38,119 nt of DNA from a virus (taxonomy: Duplodnaviria > Caudoviricetes). This document shows positions 24,877 to 33,179 of the stretch, in pieces. The position numbers and the translations under genes are program-made. The notes below the pieces were generated by a model. The model ran no database searches. It worked only from the letters and a program-made list of their open reading frames with translations, and had not been told where the DNA came from. Position 1 is the stretch's first letter, and each line of letters begins with the position of its first letter. The DNA is taken from positions 1 through 38,119 of IMG/VR virus record IMGVR_UViG_3300024310_000006; one strand, written 5' to 3'.

Positions 24877-25022
24877 TGAACCGCCCCGAGATGTGGGACG
24901 ACGAGCCCACAACGCCCGAAGGCTATGTGCCCATCGGCATCGTGGTGGAGACGCCATTGCGCTGGCGGCTGTGGTGGCGCCTGCGGGATGCATGGGCGGC
25001 GATGACGGGGTGGATGCGATGA
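24876..25022 (+). CDS. Trp/Arg-rich microprotein (48 aa)
   Basis: Hand translation MNRPEMWDDEPTTPEG...LRWRLWWRLRDAW...; TAATG and ATGA overlaps at the two ends. Confidence 0.5.
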   Translation: MNRPEMWDDEPTTPEGYVPIGIVVETPLRWRLWWRLRDAWAAMTGWMR

Positions 25023-25261
25023 AGCGCAAGAAGGCCATCGTTGCAGTTGATGCCCGTGATGCCACGTTCGCGGAATGGTTCGTAGCGCAGTATGGGCCTA
25101 GGCCCGAGACTGTATCTTCGCTTCATGTTCTCTTTGCGAGAGCCGAGGCGGCGGAGGCAGAGGCGCATGGATGGCGCGCGCTGGCCGAGATGGCCAAGGA
25201 ATGGGATGAGCGATACGACCTCGCCCTCAAGGCATGGCAGGCGAGCAAGGTGCAGCCATGA
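25019..25261 (+). CDS. Hypothetical protein (80 aa)
   Basis: MKRKKAIV...FAEWF...ALKAWQA; coupled. Confidence 0.6.
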   Translation: MKRKKAIVAVDARDATFAEWFVAQYGPRPETVSSLHVLFARAEAAEAEAHGWRALAEMAKEWDERYDLALKAWQASKVQP

Positions 25262-25500
25262 AGGACGGCGAGCCCAAGCGCTACTGGCGCGGCCAACGCA
25301 GCATGGAGGTGGCCAGCGAAGCGGACTTGCGGACCACACAGAGCGACGCCGACGACTGGGATACGCGCGGCCTGCGGCCCATCGACCTCGTGCCGTGCAA
25401 GGTGTGCAGCCTGCGGGGCCATGAGGCGATGGACCCGGACAAGTGCCTTCAGCCGGTGAATCTGGGCCTGGGCGGATGGCAATTCAGGGGCGAGGAATGA
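25258..25500 (+). CDS. Hypothetical protein with CxxCxxxGH Zn-knuckle-like motif
   Basis: CKVCSLRGHEAMDPDKC; coupled. Confidence 0.6.
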   Translation: MKDGEPKRYWRGQRSMEVASEADLRTTQSDADDWDTRGLRPIDLVPCKVCSLRGHEAMDPDKCLQPVNLGLGGWQFRGEE

Positions 25501-25742
25501 TCGTCCCTGGCATGACTGTCACCTATTGCGTGTATTGCGACAAGTGCAGGGCTCGGGGGACGCTGCTGTATGACAAGCACGGGGAAGGCAAGGCGGACAA
25601 GATTCGGCGCCACCGAAGGTTTGCCGCTGAGGTCGATGCGGTGGCGCGCCTGAACGGCGATAGGGCTCGCCCCATGATGGACGAGGCGCCGGAGGAGGAT
25701 GGTTCGTGGTTGTGCCCGGCATGCAAGGCGAAAGCAGCATGA
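25497..25742 (+). CDS. Zn-finger protein (CDKC...WLCPAC)
   Basis: ATGA-coupled. Confidence 0.6.
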   Translation: MIVPGMTVTYCVYCDKCRARGTLLYDKHGEGKADKIRRHRRFAAEVDAVARLNGDRARPMMDEAPEEDGSWLCPACKAKAA

Positions 25743-26146
25743 GATACGCACTCGCCCTCCTGCTCGCCGGTTGCATGCTCCCCGGCGTGGGTCGCTACCA
25801 TCCTGGCCAAGACGAAGCCTCGCGCGCCGCCTGGGAGATCTACGGGCATGACGAGGGCGACGACCCGCCCGATATCCTGTGGGTCGAAGGCAGCGACCTG
25901 GATTGCGTACAGCCATCCTGCGGCCTGCCGGGGTTCACGTGGCGCGGCGAATGCCTCGGCGGGCTCACCGAGGTTCCGTGGGTGATATCGGTGGCCCTGG
26001 CGCCTGACCAGCCGCTAGCGTCGACGGCGCTCGCCCACGAGCTCGAGCACGCGGACCAGGCACAGCGCTGGGTATTCGACCCGCGCCACCACCGGCGAGA
26101 GTGGGCGCCCGGTGGTATCGTGGACCAAGCAAGGGAGGCGATGTGA
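25739..26146 (+). CDS. Lipoprotein with HExxH metallopeptidase motif
   Basis: MRYALALLLAG-C lipobox; ALAHELEH followed by a downstream His. Confidence 0.7.
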   Translation: MRYALALLLAGCMLPGVGRYHPGQDEASRAAWEIYGHDEGDDPPDILWVEGSDLDCVQPSCGLPGFTWRGECLGGLTEVPWVISVALAPDQPLASTALAHELEHADQAQRWVFDPRHHRREWAPGGIVDQAREAM

Positions 26147-26376
26147 TGGCACTCGAGTTGACCGAGGCGATACTGGACGAGATAGAGGCCAAGGCCGACG
26201 CCACCGACCGCCATGTGACGGTAGCGCAGTGGCCCATCATCCGTGACATCGTGCTCGAGGCGGCGGCCAGATGTATTGCTATGAAGGGGTGCGACGCGGA
26301 GGTTTGCGCGCATGAAGTGTGCAGGACGTACCGGGTGTCGGTCGCCCGAATTCTAGCTATGAAGGGCGGCGAGTGA
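26146..26376 (+). CDS. Divergent member (copy D) of the EAAR-ILAM microprotein family
   Basis: GGAGG SD; VLEAAARC...GCDAEVCAHEVCRTYR...ILAM aligns with copy B. Confidence 0.65.
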   Translation: MALELTEAILDEIEAKADATDRHVTVAQWPIIRDIVLEAAARCIAMKGCDAEVCAHEVCRTYRVSVARILAMKGGE

Positions 26377-27029
26377 AGCCACCGCCACCCCCCGCAGCGC
26401 TCATTCGAGCCGAGGAAGCGCGCCGAAGTGCACTCAGAGATGGCATCAAGCGCGCCGTGCTGGGGACGTTCGAGATAGATCGTGAGGACGCTCGTCACGC
26501 CGGCCGCTTCGCCGTACGCCGCGCCGCCGTCTATCGCGTGGTCGCAGACGAGCTCGCAATCCCCATGGTCAACCCAGCCTTGTGCCTCGAGGTGACGTCC
26601 GTCGTGCTCTCCATGGGCGCCGTCAAAGCCAAGGTCGGCAATCGCCGCCTATTCCGCGGCGTGCGCCGCATCGACGAGTGCAAGGCCGCCAGCGCCCAGC
26701 GCGCAGTGGACATGCGGCGCAGGAACAGGGGTATCGGGGGTAAGGAGGGGGGCAGTACACGACCCTACATGGACATATTGGAAACAGAGGGAATGCCCGA
26801 AGAGTTACCAGCAGTTGGTATGATTGACGAGGCGCGCCTCACATTGAATTCTGCGCGCATCGCGAGGGCAACTGACGCGTTTTGGAAATTGGACCAGCAG
26901 CGCGCGATCGTGCGGCTCTACATGGAGGGCGCGAGCATCCGTGAGATAGAGGAGCGCACCGGTATCAAGCGCCACGCCATCCACGACCGTCTACATCGCC
27001 TGGGGCTCACCGATGCCGACAACCCGTGA
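26373..27029 (+). CDS. HTH protein (sigma region 4-like C-terminus); candidate late transcription activator
   Basis: QQRAIVRLYMEGASIREIEERTGIKRHAIHDRL; located at the end of the early/middle operon, before the packaging genes. Confidence 0.7.
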   Translation: MKPPPPPAALIRAEEARRSALRDGIKRAVLGTFEIDREDARHAGRFAVRRAAVYRVVADELAIPMVNPALCLEVTSVVLSMGAVKAKVGNRRLFRGVRRIDECKAASAQRAVDMRRRNRGIGGKEGGSTRPYMDILETEGMPEELPAVGMIDEARLTLNSARIARATDAFWKLDQQRAIVRLYMEGASIREIEERTGIKRHAIHDRLHRLGLTDADNP

Positions 27030-27201
27030 CAGTTGGGGCGACGAGTCGGCGGCCCCGACGCCAGAGGATCGCTGCGCATGCACCGGCGTTTGTCATCCAA
27101 ATGCAGACTGCCAAGCCGTCGCCAACGCGGGGAACATCGCCCATGGGCATTACCGCTGCAACCGATGTTGCTGGTTCAACGATTGCGACGAGGTCCTGTG
27201 A
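27013..27201 (+). CDS. Cys-rich microprotein
   Basis: CACTGVCH...C...CNRCCW; start uncertain. Confidence 0.4.
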   Translation: MPTTRDSWGDESAAPTPEDRCACTGVCHPNADCQAVANAGNIAHGHYRCNRCCWFNDCDEVL

Positions 27202-27344
27202 GACTCCGGAGCAGATCCAGACGCGCACGCGCGAGAGACTCAGACAATCACGCTACCAGTCGCGGCACAATGAGGTGGCTTACACTTCGCGTCTGTAACT
27301 ATGCGAACACTGGTGAGATTCGTTGACGCGTGACGTTTTCTGTA

Positions 27345-27650
27345 TCACTGAGCCTGGCAGTTGTAGCCGCCGAGGCCATTGGGCCAGCAGTTGTAGTTGG
27401 GCACCGGGCGCGGCTGGTTCATGAGCATGCTCGCGCTGAATGCCTGGAGGCCCTGCGCGACGGCGAGGCCGACGGCCCTGCGACGCGCGTTCTCCTGGCG
27501 TACCTGCTGAGGCGTCGGCTGCCGGGCCTCGCATGACATCCGCTGCGCAAGGTACGCGCCGGTCTCCACGGCCATCGGAGGAGGACACGCATAGTAAGCC
27601 GTTGACTCCGCGCATCCAACGAGACCCAGGACCGCCAGTGCTCGCCACAT
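27345..27650 (-). CDS. Reverse-strand lipoprotein (moron)
   Basis: MWRALAVLGLVG-C lipobox; C-terminal NCWPNGLGGYNC. Confidence 0.7.
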   Translation of the reverse strand: MWRALAVLGLVGCAESTAYYACPPPMAVETGAYLAQRMSCEARQPTPQQVRQENARRRAVGLAVAQGLQAFSASMLMNQPRPVPNYNCWPNGLGGYNCQAQ

Positions 27651-27749
27651 AGCGCCATGCTCACCCTGGTTGCCCTTGCCGTCAAGCTGGGCACGCGTTC
27701 AGGTGAGGGACATCGGCATCCATGTGAGGGGGCCTCCCTCGTTGAAGCC

Positions 27750-28028
27750 ATGGCCCGTCGTCGCCGTTCTCCTGACCGCCTGCTCGCCGAAGCAATCCAA
27801 GTGCTCGGGGAGTACGTGCGTGACAGCGTCGACGTTCCGCTCCACGAGATGGAGACGCACAGCCAGCGGCTCACGGCGGTCGCCAAAGCGGTGCAGGCCC
27901 TCAACCAGGTGGAGTCCGCGCGCTGGGCAGCGTGGAGCCCACAGCGTCTGCGCAACATGAGCGAAGAGGAGCTCGCCGGCTACCTCGCGGCCGAGGCGAT
28001 GCCGTCGGAGCGCCGGGGGTTGCAGTGA
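27750..28028 (+). CDS. Putative terminase small subunit
   Basis: Helical 92 aa protein ending LRNMSEEEL; first gene after the GGGACATCG motif and upstream of TerL; positional inference. Confidence 0.45.
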   Translation: MARRRRSPDRLLAEAIQVLGEYVRDSVDVPLHEMETHSQRLTAVAKAVQALNQVESARWAAWSPQRLRNMSEEELAGYLAAEAMPSERRGLQ

Positions 28029-28195
28029 GTTGTCCCGTGTGCGATCTGGAGCCGTGCCCCAAGTGCGGCGAACGGGAGTTGACTCATCGGTATGGCTGCC
28101 AGAACTGCGCGCGCTTGGCGACTCGCTACGAAGCTCACATTACCGTCGAGGGCCCGCCGTATCTCGGTGACTTCAGGGAGCGGTCCGAGGCATGA
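28025..28195 (+). CDS. Zn-finger microprotein
   Basis: MSCPVCDLEPCPKCG...CQNC; coupled. Confidence 0.55.
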   Translation: MSCPVCDLEPCPKCGERELTHRYGCQNCARLATRYEAHITVEGPPYLGDFRERSEA

Positions 28196-28647
28196 CGCTG
28201 CCATTCGACCTCGTGCCCTACGACCCGCGCAACGCTGACCACGTCGCCTACGTTTACGACACGTTCAGGCGTAGCACGGACCACTGGCCCTGGAACGCCA
28301 TGTCCCGCCCGATGCTCCAGGAGCGGCTGCGCCAGGAGCTGGCGACGCCGGGGACTGACACGCGCATCGCCACGCCCCATGGGATGCCTGATTCGTTCCT
28401 GGGTTGGTATTCGGTGCGCAAGCCCGACGTGATTGTGTTCGGGTTCACGAAGTACAGCTCGAGGCGGCAGGCGGTGTTCACGCAAGCATTGATGGCCATG
28501 GGAGTCCTGTGGCCCGTCTATGACAGCATCGGCGTGGTGTTCTGGACGGCTGCCTGTGCACGCATGTCCGATCGAAAGGGACACACGCAATGGCGCCTCT
28601 ACTTCGCAACCCAGGGGGCGTACGACGATGACTCTCAAAGCCGCTAG
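28192..28647 (+). CDS. GNAT-like acetyltransferase
   Basis: FLGWY...IVFGFTKYSSRRQAVFTQAL resembles GNAT motif A (RRxG degenerate). Confidence 0.55.
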   Translation: MTLPFDLVPYDPRNADHVAYVYDTFRRSTDHWPWNAMSRPMLQERLRQELATPGTDTRIATPHGMPDSFLGWYSVRKPDVIVFGFTKYSSRRQAVFTQALMAMGVLWPVYDSIGVVFWTAACARMSDRKGHTQWRLYFATQGAYDDDSQSR

Positions 28648-28894
28648 GCTCAAGCACAAGCTCCACTTCCCCGGCTGTGGCAACCTCGACAGCCTGCCGG
28701 GCGCCGAGGTGGACGCCAAGGGCCGTGTGATCTGGCGGGCCACGGCCATCGACAACGACGGAAGCACTCGCCCGGTGGCGTGGCTGGTGCCGAGCGACAT
28801 GCTGCTGCCATCGGAGATAGATGACACCGTTCCGGCAAGCGCGGCTGCGGCTGCTGCGAGCGGAGCAGGCCAGGCGCGCTCCAAAGGCGTCTGA
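28628..28894 (+). CDS. Hypothetical protein
   Basis: MTLKAARLKHKLHFPG...; overlaps both neighbours. Confidence 0.5.
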   Translation: MTLKAARLKHKLHFPGCGNLDSLPGAEVDAKGRVIWRATAIDNDGSTRPVAWLVPSDMLLPSEIDDTVPASAAAAAASGAGQARSKGV

Positions 28895-30242
28895 TGCGGC
28901 GTTCGACGCCCTCGCGGACTGCACGGAGCCGCAAAAGCGCCTCTTGCTTGATCGCGCAGATCAACGGGCAGTTTGCACAACCCGACGTGCGGGCAAGACT
29001 TCAGGCTTCGTTCGCGACGCAGTTGCGCGAAGCTGGGATAGTCCCAACGCGAGTGTCATCTATGTCAACGAAACGCTCGACCGCGCGTCGCGTACCTTTT
29101 GGGAAGAACTCAAGGCGTACGTCGCGGCGAAGAAGCTCCCCTACATAGCCAACGAGTCGAAGCATTGCCTCAGGGGGCCGCAGAACCGATGGATCTGGTG
29201 CGCGGGCGGCGAGACAAAGAAGCTGGTCAATCGCTGGAAAGGCGTGTTGCCCAAGGCCGCCGCGGTCATCATCGATGAGGCCCAGGACTGGCGCCCTGAG
29301 GTCCTGCTCCACGCCTACACTGAAGTCTTTGCCCCGGCTCTGGCAGACATTGGTGGTCAATTCACTGTGGGCGGTGTTCCTGGTCCTTTGCCTGATTCAG
29401 GTGATCCGTGGTTTGACTGGTGCCACAGCCCCGAGTTCTCGCGTCATGGCGGCGACGAACGCCCATGGACACTGTGGGAAAACCCGCACGTAAAGGAGGG
29501 CCGCGCGCTGCTCGAGCGGGTCATGCGCACTCGCGGCGTGGATGAGAGCGACCCGACGATACAGCGCGAGTTCTTCGGGCGGTGGGTGCGCGACACGGCA
29601 ATCCTGGTGTTCGGCGCCCTTGACGACGAGTTGAACTGCTACGACGACCTCCCCGATGGTGACTGGAGCTTCGTCGGCGGCATCGATGGCGGTTACGTGG
29701 ACGAGGCCAGCATAGCCGTCCTGGGATGGATGGCCATCGACGCGGACCGCAAGGTATACGTGCGCAGCTCGGAGCTGTTCGGCCACCGCGGCGCCTACGA
29801 GGTGATCGACCGGGTCAAGGCCGCGCTAGAGCCGCTGGGAAGCCGCCTGGTTAGCGCAGGGGCAGACCCCGCCGCCGGCATGAAGAACATTGCCCACGAC
29901 GTGTGGGCTCGCCACGGCATCAACCTGGAGCCGGCCGACAAAGCGGACAAGGTCGGCGGGTGCAAGCTGCTGGCCTCGAGCATCGCCACGCGCGAGCTGC
30001 TCCTGCCGCGGGGGCATCGGCTGTTCAAGAGCCTGCGCCGCGTCCAGTGGGACCCTGACCACCGTGGGGAGAAGCTGCGTGGGCACACGCCAGACGACGT
30101 CGACGCGCTCCTGTACGGCTTCCGCGAGGCATGGCCCTGGATCAGCCAGCGCAACCCACCGGCGCCTGGCCCCGATGACGGCGGGCTCATGGAGCGCATT
30201 CTCGAGCGCCAGCGGGCAACCGGCGGTGACATCGATGCGTAA
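28821..30242 (+). CDS. terL: Terminase large subunit
   Basis: Q motif (EPQKR); Walker A TTRRAGKT; Walker B VIIDEAQ; WTLWENPH; nuclease GIDGG; C-terminal HTPDDVDALLYG. Confidence 0.93.
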   Translation: MTPFRQARLRLLRAEQARRAPKASDAAFDALADCTEPQKRLLLDRADQRAVCTTRRAGKTSGFVRDAVARSWDSPNASVIYVNETLDRASRTFWEELKAYVAAKKLPYIANESKHCLRGPQNRWIWCAGGETKKLVNRWKGVLPKAAAVIIDEAQDWRPEVLLHAYTEVFAPALADIGGQFTVGGVPGPLPDSGDPWFDWCHSPEFSRHGGDERPWTLWENPHVKEGRALLERVMRTRGVDESDPTIQREFFGRWVRDTAILVFGALDDELNCYDDLPDGDWSFVGGIDGGYVDEASIAVLGWMAIDADRKVYVRSSELFGHRGAYEVIDRVKAALEPLGSRLVSAGADPAAGMKNIAHDVWARHGINLEPADKADKVGGCKLLASSIATRELLLPRGHRLFKSLRRVQWDPDHRGEKLRGHTPDDVDALLYGFREAWPWISQRNPPAPGPDDGGLMERILERQRATGGDIDA

Positions 30243-30262
30243 CGCCGCATACGCCCGGACCC

Positions 30263-30487
30263 GTGCTGCACCAGCCCGCCGTCGCCGATAGCGGCCCGCC
30301 AGCAAGCGGAGGTATTGTCGCTGTTGCGGATGTTGCTTTCGGCGAGACGCGCCCAGTTCGTGCCGCCGCCCCTGCTCCCACCGCCCCCGCTTACTACGCC
30401 TGCCGTCGTAACGGCTGCGCGTCGGGCATGATTCTGGACAGCGGTCGGCTGTATTGCGTCACGTGCGGCCACCAGTGCGCCGCGTAG
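30263..30487 (+). CDS. Small Zn-ribbon protein
   Basis: CRRNGC...YCVTCGH; start uncertain. Confidence 0.45.
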   Translation: MLHQPAVADSGPPASGGIVAVADVAFGETRPVRAAAPAPTAPAYYACRRNGCASGMILDSGRLYCVTCGHQCAA

Positions 30488-30572
30488 CCAAGGGGACATC
30501 GATGCCCGTGTGATGGCACGGAGCCCACGACGTGTAAGGACCGTCACAAAGGCGTCGGCCAAGGGGACATCG
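30487..30572 (+). repeat. 15-bp direct repeat GCCAAGGGGACATCG (30487-30501 and 30558-30572); putative late promoter elements
   Basis: Exact duplication in the gap upstream of the head operon. Confidence 0.75.
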
Positions 30573-30596
30573 GGCCTGATTCAGGAGGCCCAACTC

Positions 30597-30818
30597 ATGG
30601 CATCGGTAGAAGAGACAGCGTCCATGTCCACCCCTGCGACGGTGGACGCCACGGCGGTGACCGACACCACGCCCGTGCCCATGCCGGGGGTGTTTTCGCA
30701 GGATTCGAACTCCGAGTTCTTCGTGCGCGTTCGGGAGTTGTGCTCGTTCGTGATCGTCAACGAGCGGGGCGACCCCGGGCGTCTGGCACAGCAGATCCTC
30801 AACGACATGAACGCGTGA
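30597..30818 (+). CDS. Hypothetical protein (73 aa)
   Basis: AGGAGG SD before ATG 30597. Confidence 0.6.
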   Translation: MASVEETASMSTPATVDATAVTDTTPVPMPGVFSQDSNSEFFVRVRELCSFVIVNERGDPGRLAQQILNDMNA

Positions 30819-31036
30819 TGACCGCTGATGAGGTGCTGGCGCTCGTCGATGGCCTGCGCGCCCGCGGCGTGACCGCCTTCGAGGGCCTTGGGCTCAAGCT
30901 GACGGTCGAACTCGCGCCAGCGGCCGGTGCCCGCGGCGTGCCACCGGGCCAGCCGCACACGCAGACGACGATGGTCGATGCCGGCGGTGGCCTAATGGTC
31001 GACAGCGACCTGTTCAGTCATGAGGCCGGCGAATGA
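30818..31036 (+). CDS. Small pre-portal protein
   Basis: MTADEVLALVDGLRARGVTAFEG...DLFSH; TGATG overlap. Confidence 0.65.
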   Translation: MTADEVLALVDGLRARGVTAFEGLGLKLTVELAPAAGARGVPPGQPHTQTTMVDAGGGLMVDSDLFSHEAGE

Positions 31037-32940
31037 GCGTCGGGGCGCTGCCTCACTGGAGTGAGGACACCAAGGGCCTGAAGCGCTTCGTTGACCATCT
31101 CGACACCGAGACGGCCGCGCGCCGCAACCTCGACCGCGTGCTGCTGCGCCTCTACCACGGGCGCCCTATCGCTGTCCCCGCAACCGACGCGCGCCGGCCC
31201 TCGCAGAGCCTCCAGGACATCGACGCGATGAAGGCGGGCGGATTCTCCCTCGCGCGCGAGGTGCTGGACGCGGCGATGGCGCTCATTGTGCGCATGCCGG
31301 CAATCAAGGTGCTTCCCGACGGCCAGCAGTTTAAGCGCCAGCGCGGGGCGAAGCTGATGTCGCGGTTCCTCAACGGCGTGTTCTACGAGAACCGCGTCAA
31401 GGAGAAGGCGCCAGCGCTGTTCATGGACGCGGCCACTACGCGCGTGGGGGCGCTCAAATGGTACGTCGACCGCAAGGCGAAGAAGGTCAAGTGCGAGCGG
31501 CTCAACTCGCTGTGGCTGACGTGGGACGACGGCGAGGGGCCGGAGCCGCGTTCGCTCTACTACACGCCGCCGGTGTCACGGCGCTACCTGGTGGGGACGT
31601 ACCCCGAGTTCGAATATGACATCATGCACGCGCCCGCGTGGAACCCGACGCAGGTGCCGATGACGGGGTTCTCGCAGGCCATCCGCGAGAACGATCGCCT
31701 CAAGGTGTGCGAGGCATGGACGCTGCCGGTGGGCAAGCGGCCCGGGCGCCATGTGATCCAACTCGTCGACAAGGGCATAGACTTGCTCGACGAGAAATGG
31801 GAGTTCGCGCGTTTTCCGGTGGCCGCGTATCGCTTTGCCGAGAACGTCAACAGCGAGGGTTCAGGCTCCTACGGTGGCAAGCCGCTGGTGGAAATCATCT
31901 TCAACCACCATCTGTGGTTCAACAAGATCAACCGCATAATGGGCGAGGCGAGCAAGGGCGCCATCCCCAAGATTCTCGCGCCCGACACCGCCGAACTGAA
32001 GGATTTCCCGTTCTCCGACAAGGTCCACGAGGTGGTGCGCTACAAGCATAGCCCGGCAGGGCCGCCCAGTATCATCGTGCCGACCAACATCGGCGTGGAT
32101 CTGAAGTACCTGCGCGAGATCATCAAAAACAACGCCTATGAGCTCGTGGGCGTCAACCAGCAGGCGGCGCAGGGAAGCACCAGCGACAACCTCAAGTCCG
32201 CGCCCGCCCAGCGCGAGCGGATGGACATCGTCAGCACGCGACTCATCCATCCCACGGAGCGATTCGAGGCGTTCTGGCGGGACTGCGCGGAGATTGTGGT
32301 CATGCTGGCGAGCAAGACGGGCGCAGCACTCACGGCAGCCTCGCGCATGGGCTCGTGGCTGCGCGAAATCGACTTCCAGGACATCCAGCTTGCCGAGGGG
32401 GATTATTCGCTGGAGGTGCGCAGTACGGCGGCGCTGCCGTTGACCATCGGCGGCCGGCTGGACTTCGTCAACGACCTCTTGCAGATGAAGGGCGAGGACG
32501 GCGCACCCTGGGTGAGCAAGGCGGAGGGCATGAAGATGCTGAACTTGCCCGACACCGAGGCGTTCCTTGACCGGGAGACGGCGGCGCAAGACCTCGCCGA
32601 CTACCAGGTGGAGGAGGCGCTTTGGGAGGGCAACTATATCGCCCCCGAGCCCATCCAGGATTTGAACATCCTCGTCAGGACCGCCAGCAACGAGTTGATG
32701 CGGGCCATCCAGAACGGGACGTTCCCTGATGACCATCTCGAGTTGGGCCGCCGGCTCATCGCCGAGGCGACCATGCTCCAGAAGCCGCCGCCGAGCGCGC
32801 AGCCTGCGCTGCCGGCCGGCGCCCCTGCCCCGGCGCCTGGAGTTGCGCCCGATGCCGGCGCGCCCATGGCCCCGCCGCCGACGCCAACGCCAATCCTCGC
32901 CCCGCTGCCGGGCGGGCCTATTGCGCGGGTGGCGTCCTGA
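31033..32940 (+). CDS. Portal protein (podovirus/P22-like)
   Basis: 635 aa between TerL and scaffold/capsid; typical segments (MPAIKVLPDG, VCEAWTLP, AYELVGVNQ); Pro-rich C-terminal tail. Confidence 0.88.
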   Translation: MSVGALPHWSEDTKGLKRFVDHLDTETAARRNLDRVLLRLYHGRPIAVPATDARRPSQSLQDIDAMKAGGFSLAREVLDAAMALIVRMPAIKVLPDGQQFKRQRGAKLMSRFLNGVFYENRVKEKAPALFMDAATTRVGALKWYVDRKAKKVKCERLNSLWLTWDDGEGPEPRSLYYTPPVSRRYLVGTYPEFEYDIMHAPAWNPTQVPMTGFSQAIRENDRLKVCEAWTLPVGKRPGRHVIQLVDKGIDLLDEKWEFARFPVAAYRFAENVNSEGSGSYGGKPLVEIIFNHHLWFNKINRIMGEASKGAIPKILAPDTAELKDFPFSDKVHEVVRYKHSPAGPPSIIVPTNIGVDLKYLREIIKNNAYELVGVNQQAAQGSTSDNLKSAPAQRERMDIVSTRLIHPTERFEAFWRDCAEIVVMLASKTGAALTAASRMGSWLREIDFQDIQLAEGDYSLEVRSTAALPLTIGGRLDFVNDLLQMKGEDGAPWVSKAEGMKMLNLPDTEAFLDRETAAQDLADYQVEEALWEGNYIAPEPIQDLNILVRTASNELMRAIQNGTFPDDHLELGRRLIAEATMLQKPPPSAQPALPAGAPAPAPGVAPDAGAPMAPPPTPTPILAPLPGGPIARVAS

Positions 32941-33038
32941 TGCTGATGAGCACCGAAGAGTTCAGGAAGTTCCTCAGAACCAAGCGGGGGAAATCCTGGT
33001 GCCAATGGTACGCGGACCAATGGGGAATAGGAGGGCCG

Positions 33039-33176
33039 ATGCCGCTGAAGACAGGGACCAGCAAGAAGACGTTTTCGCAGAACGTCAAGGCCGAGATGGA
33101 CGCAGGGCGACCGCAGAAGCAAGCGGTGGCAATTGCGTACGCAAAGAAACGTGAAGCCCAAAAGAAAGGCAAGTGA
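33039..33176 (+). CDS. Conserved small basic head-region protein
   Basis: MPLKTGTSKKTFSQNVKAEMDAGRPQKQAVAIAY motif; AGGAGG SD. Confidence 0.8.
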   Translation: MPLKTGTSKKTFSQNVKAEMDAGRPQKQAVAIAYAKKREAQKKGK

Positions 33177-33179
33177 CGA

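Noticed and set aside
32940-33038. 33-aa N-terminal extension of the MPLK protein
   Set aside because: It is in frame and TGATG-coupled, so not excluded, but the strong AGGAGG SD and the family start at MPLK favour 33039.
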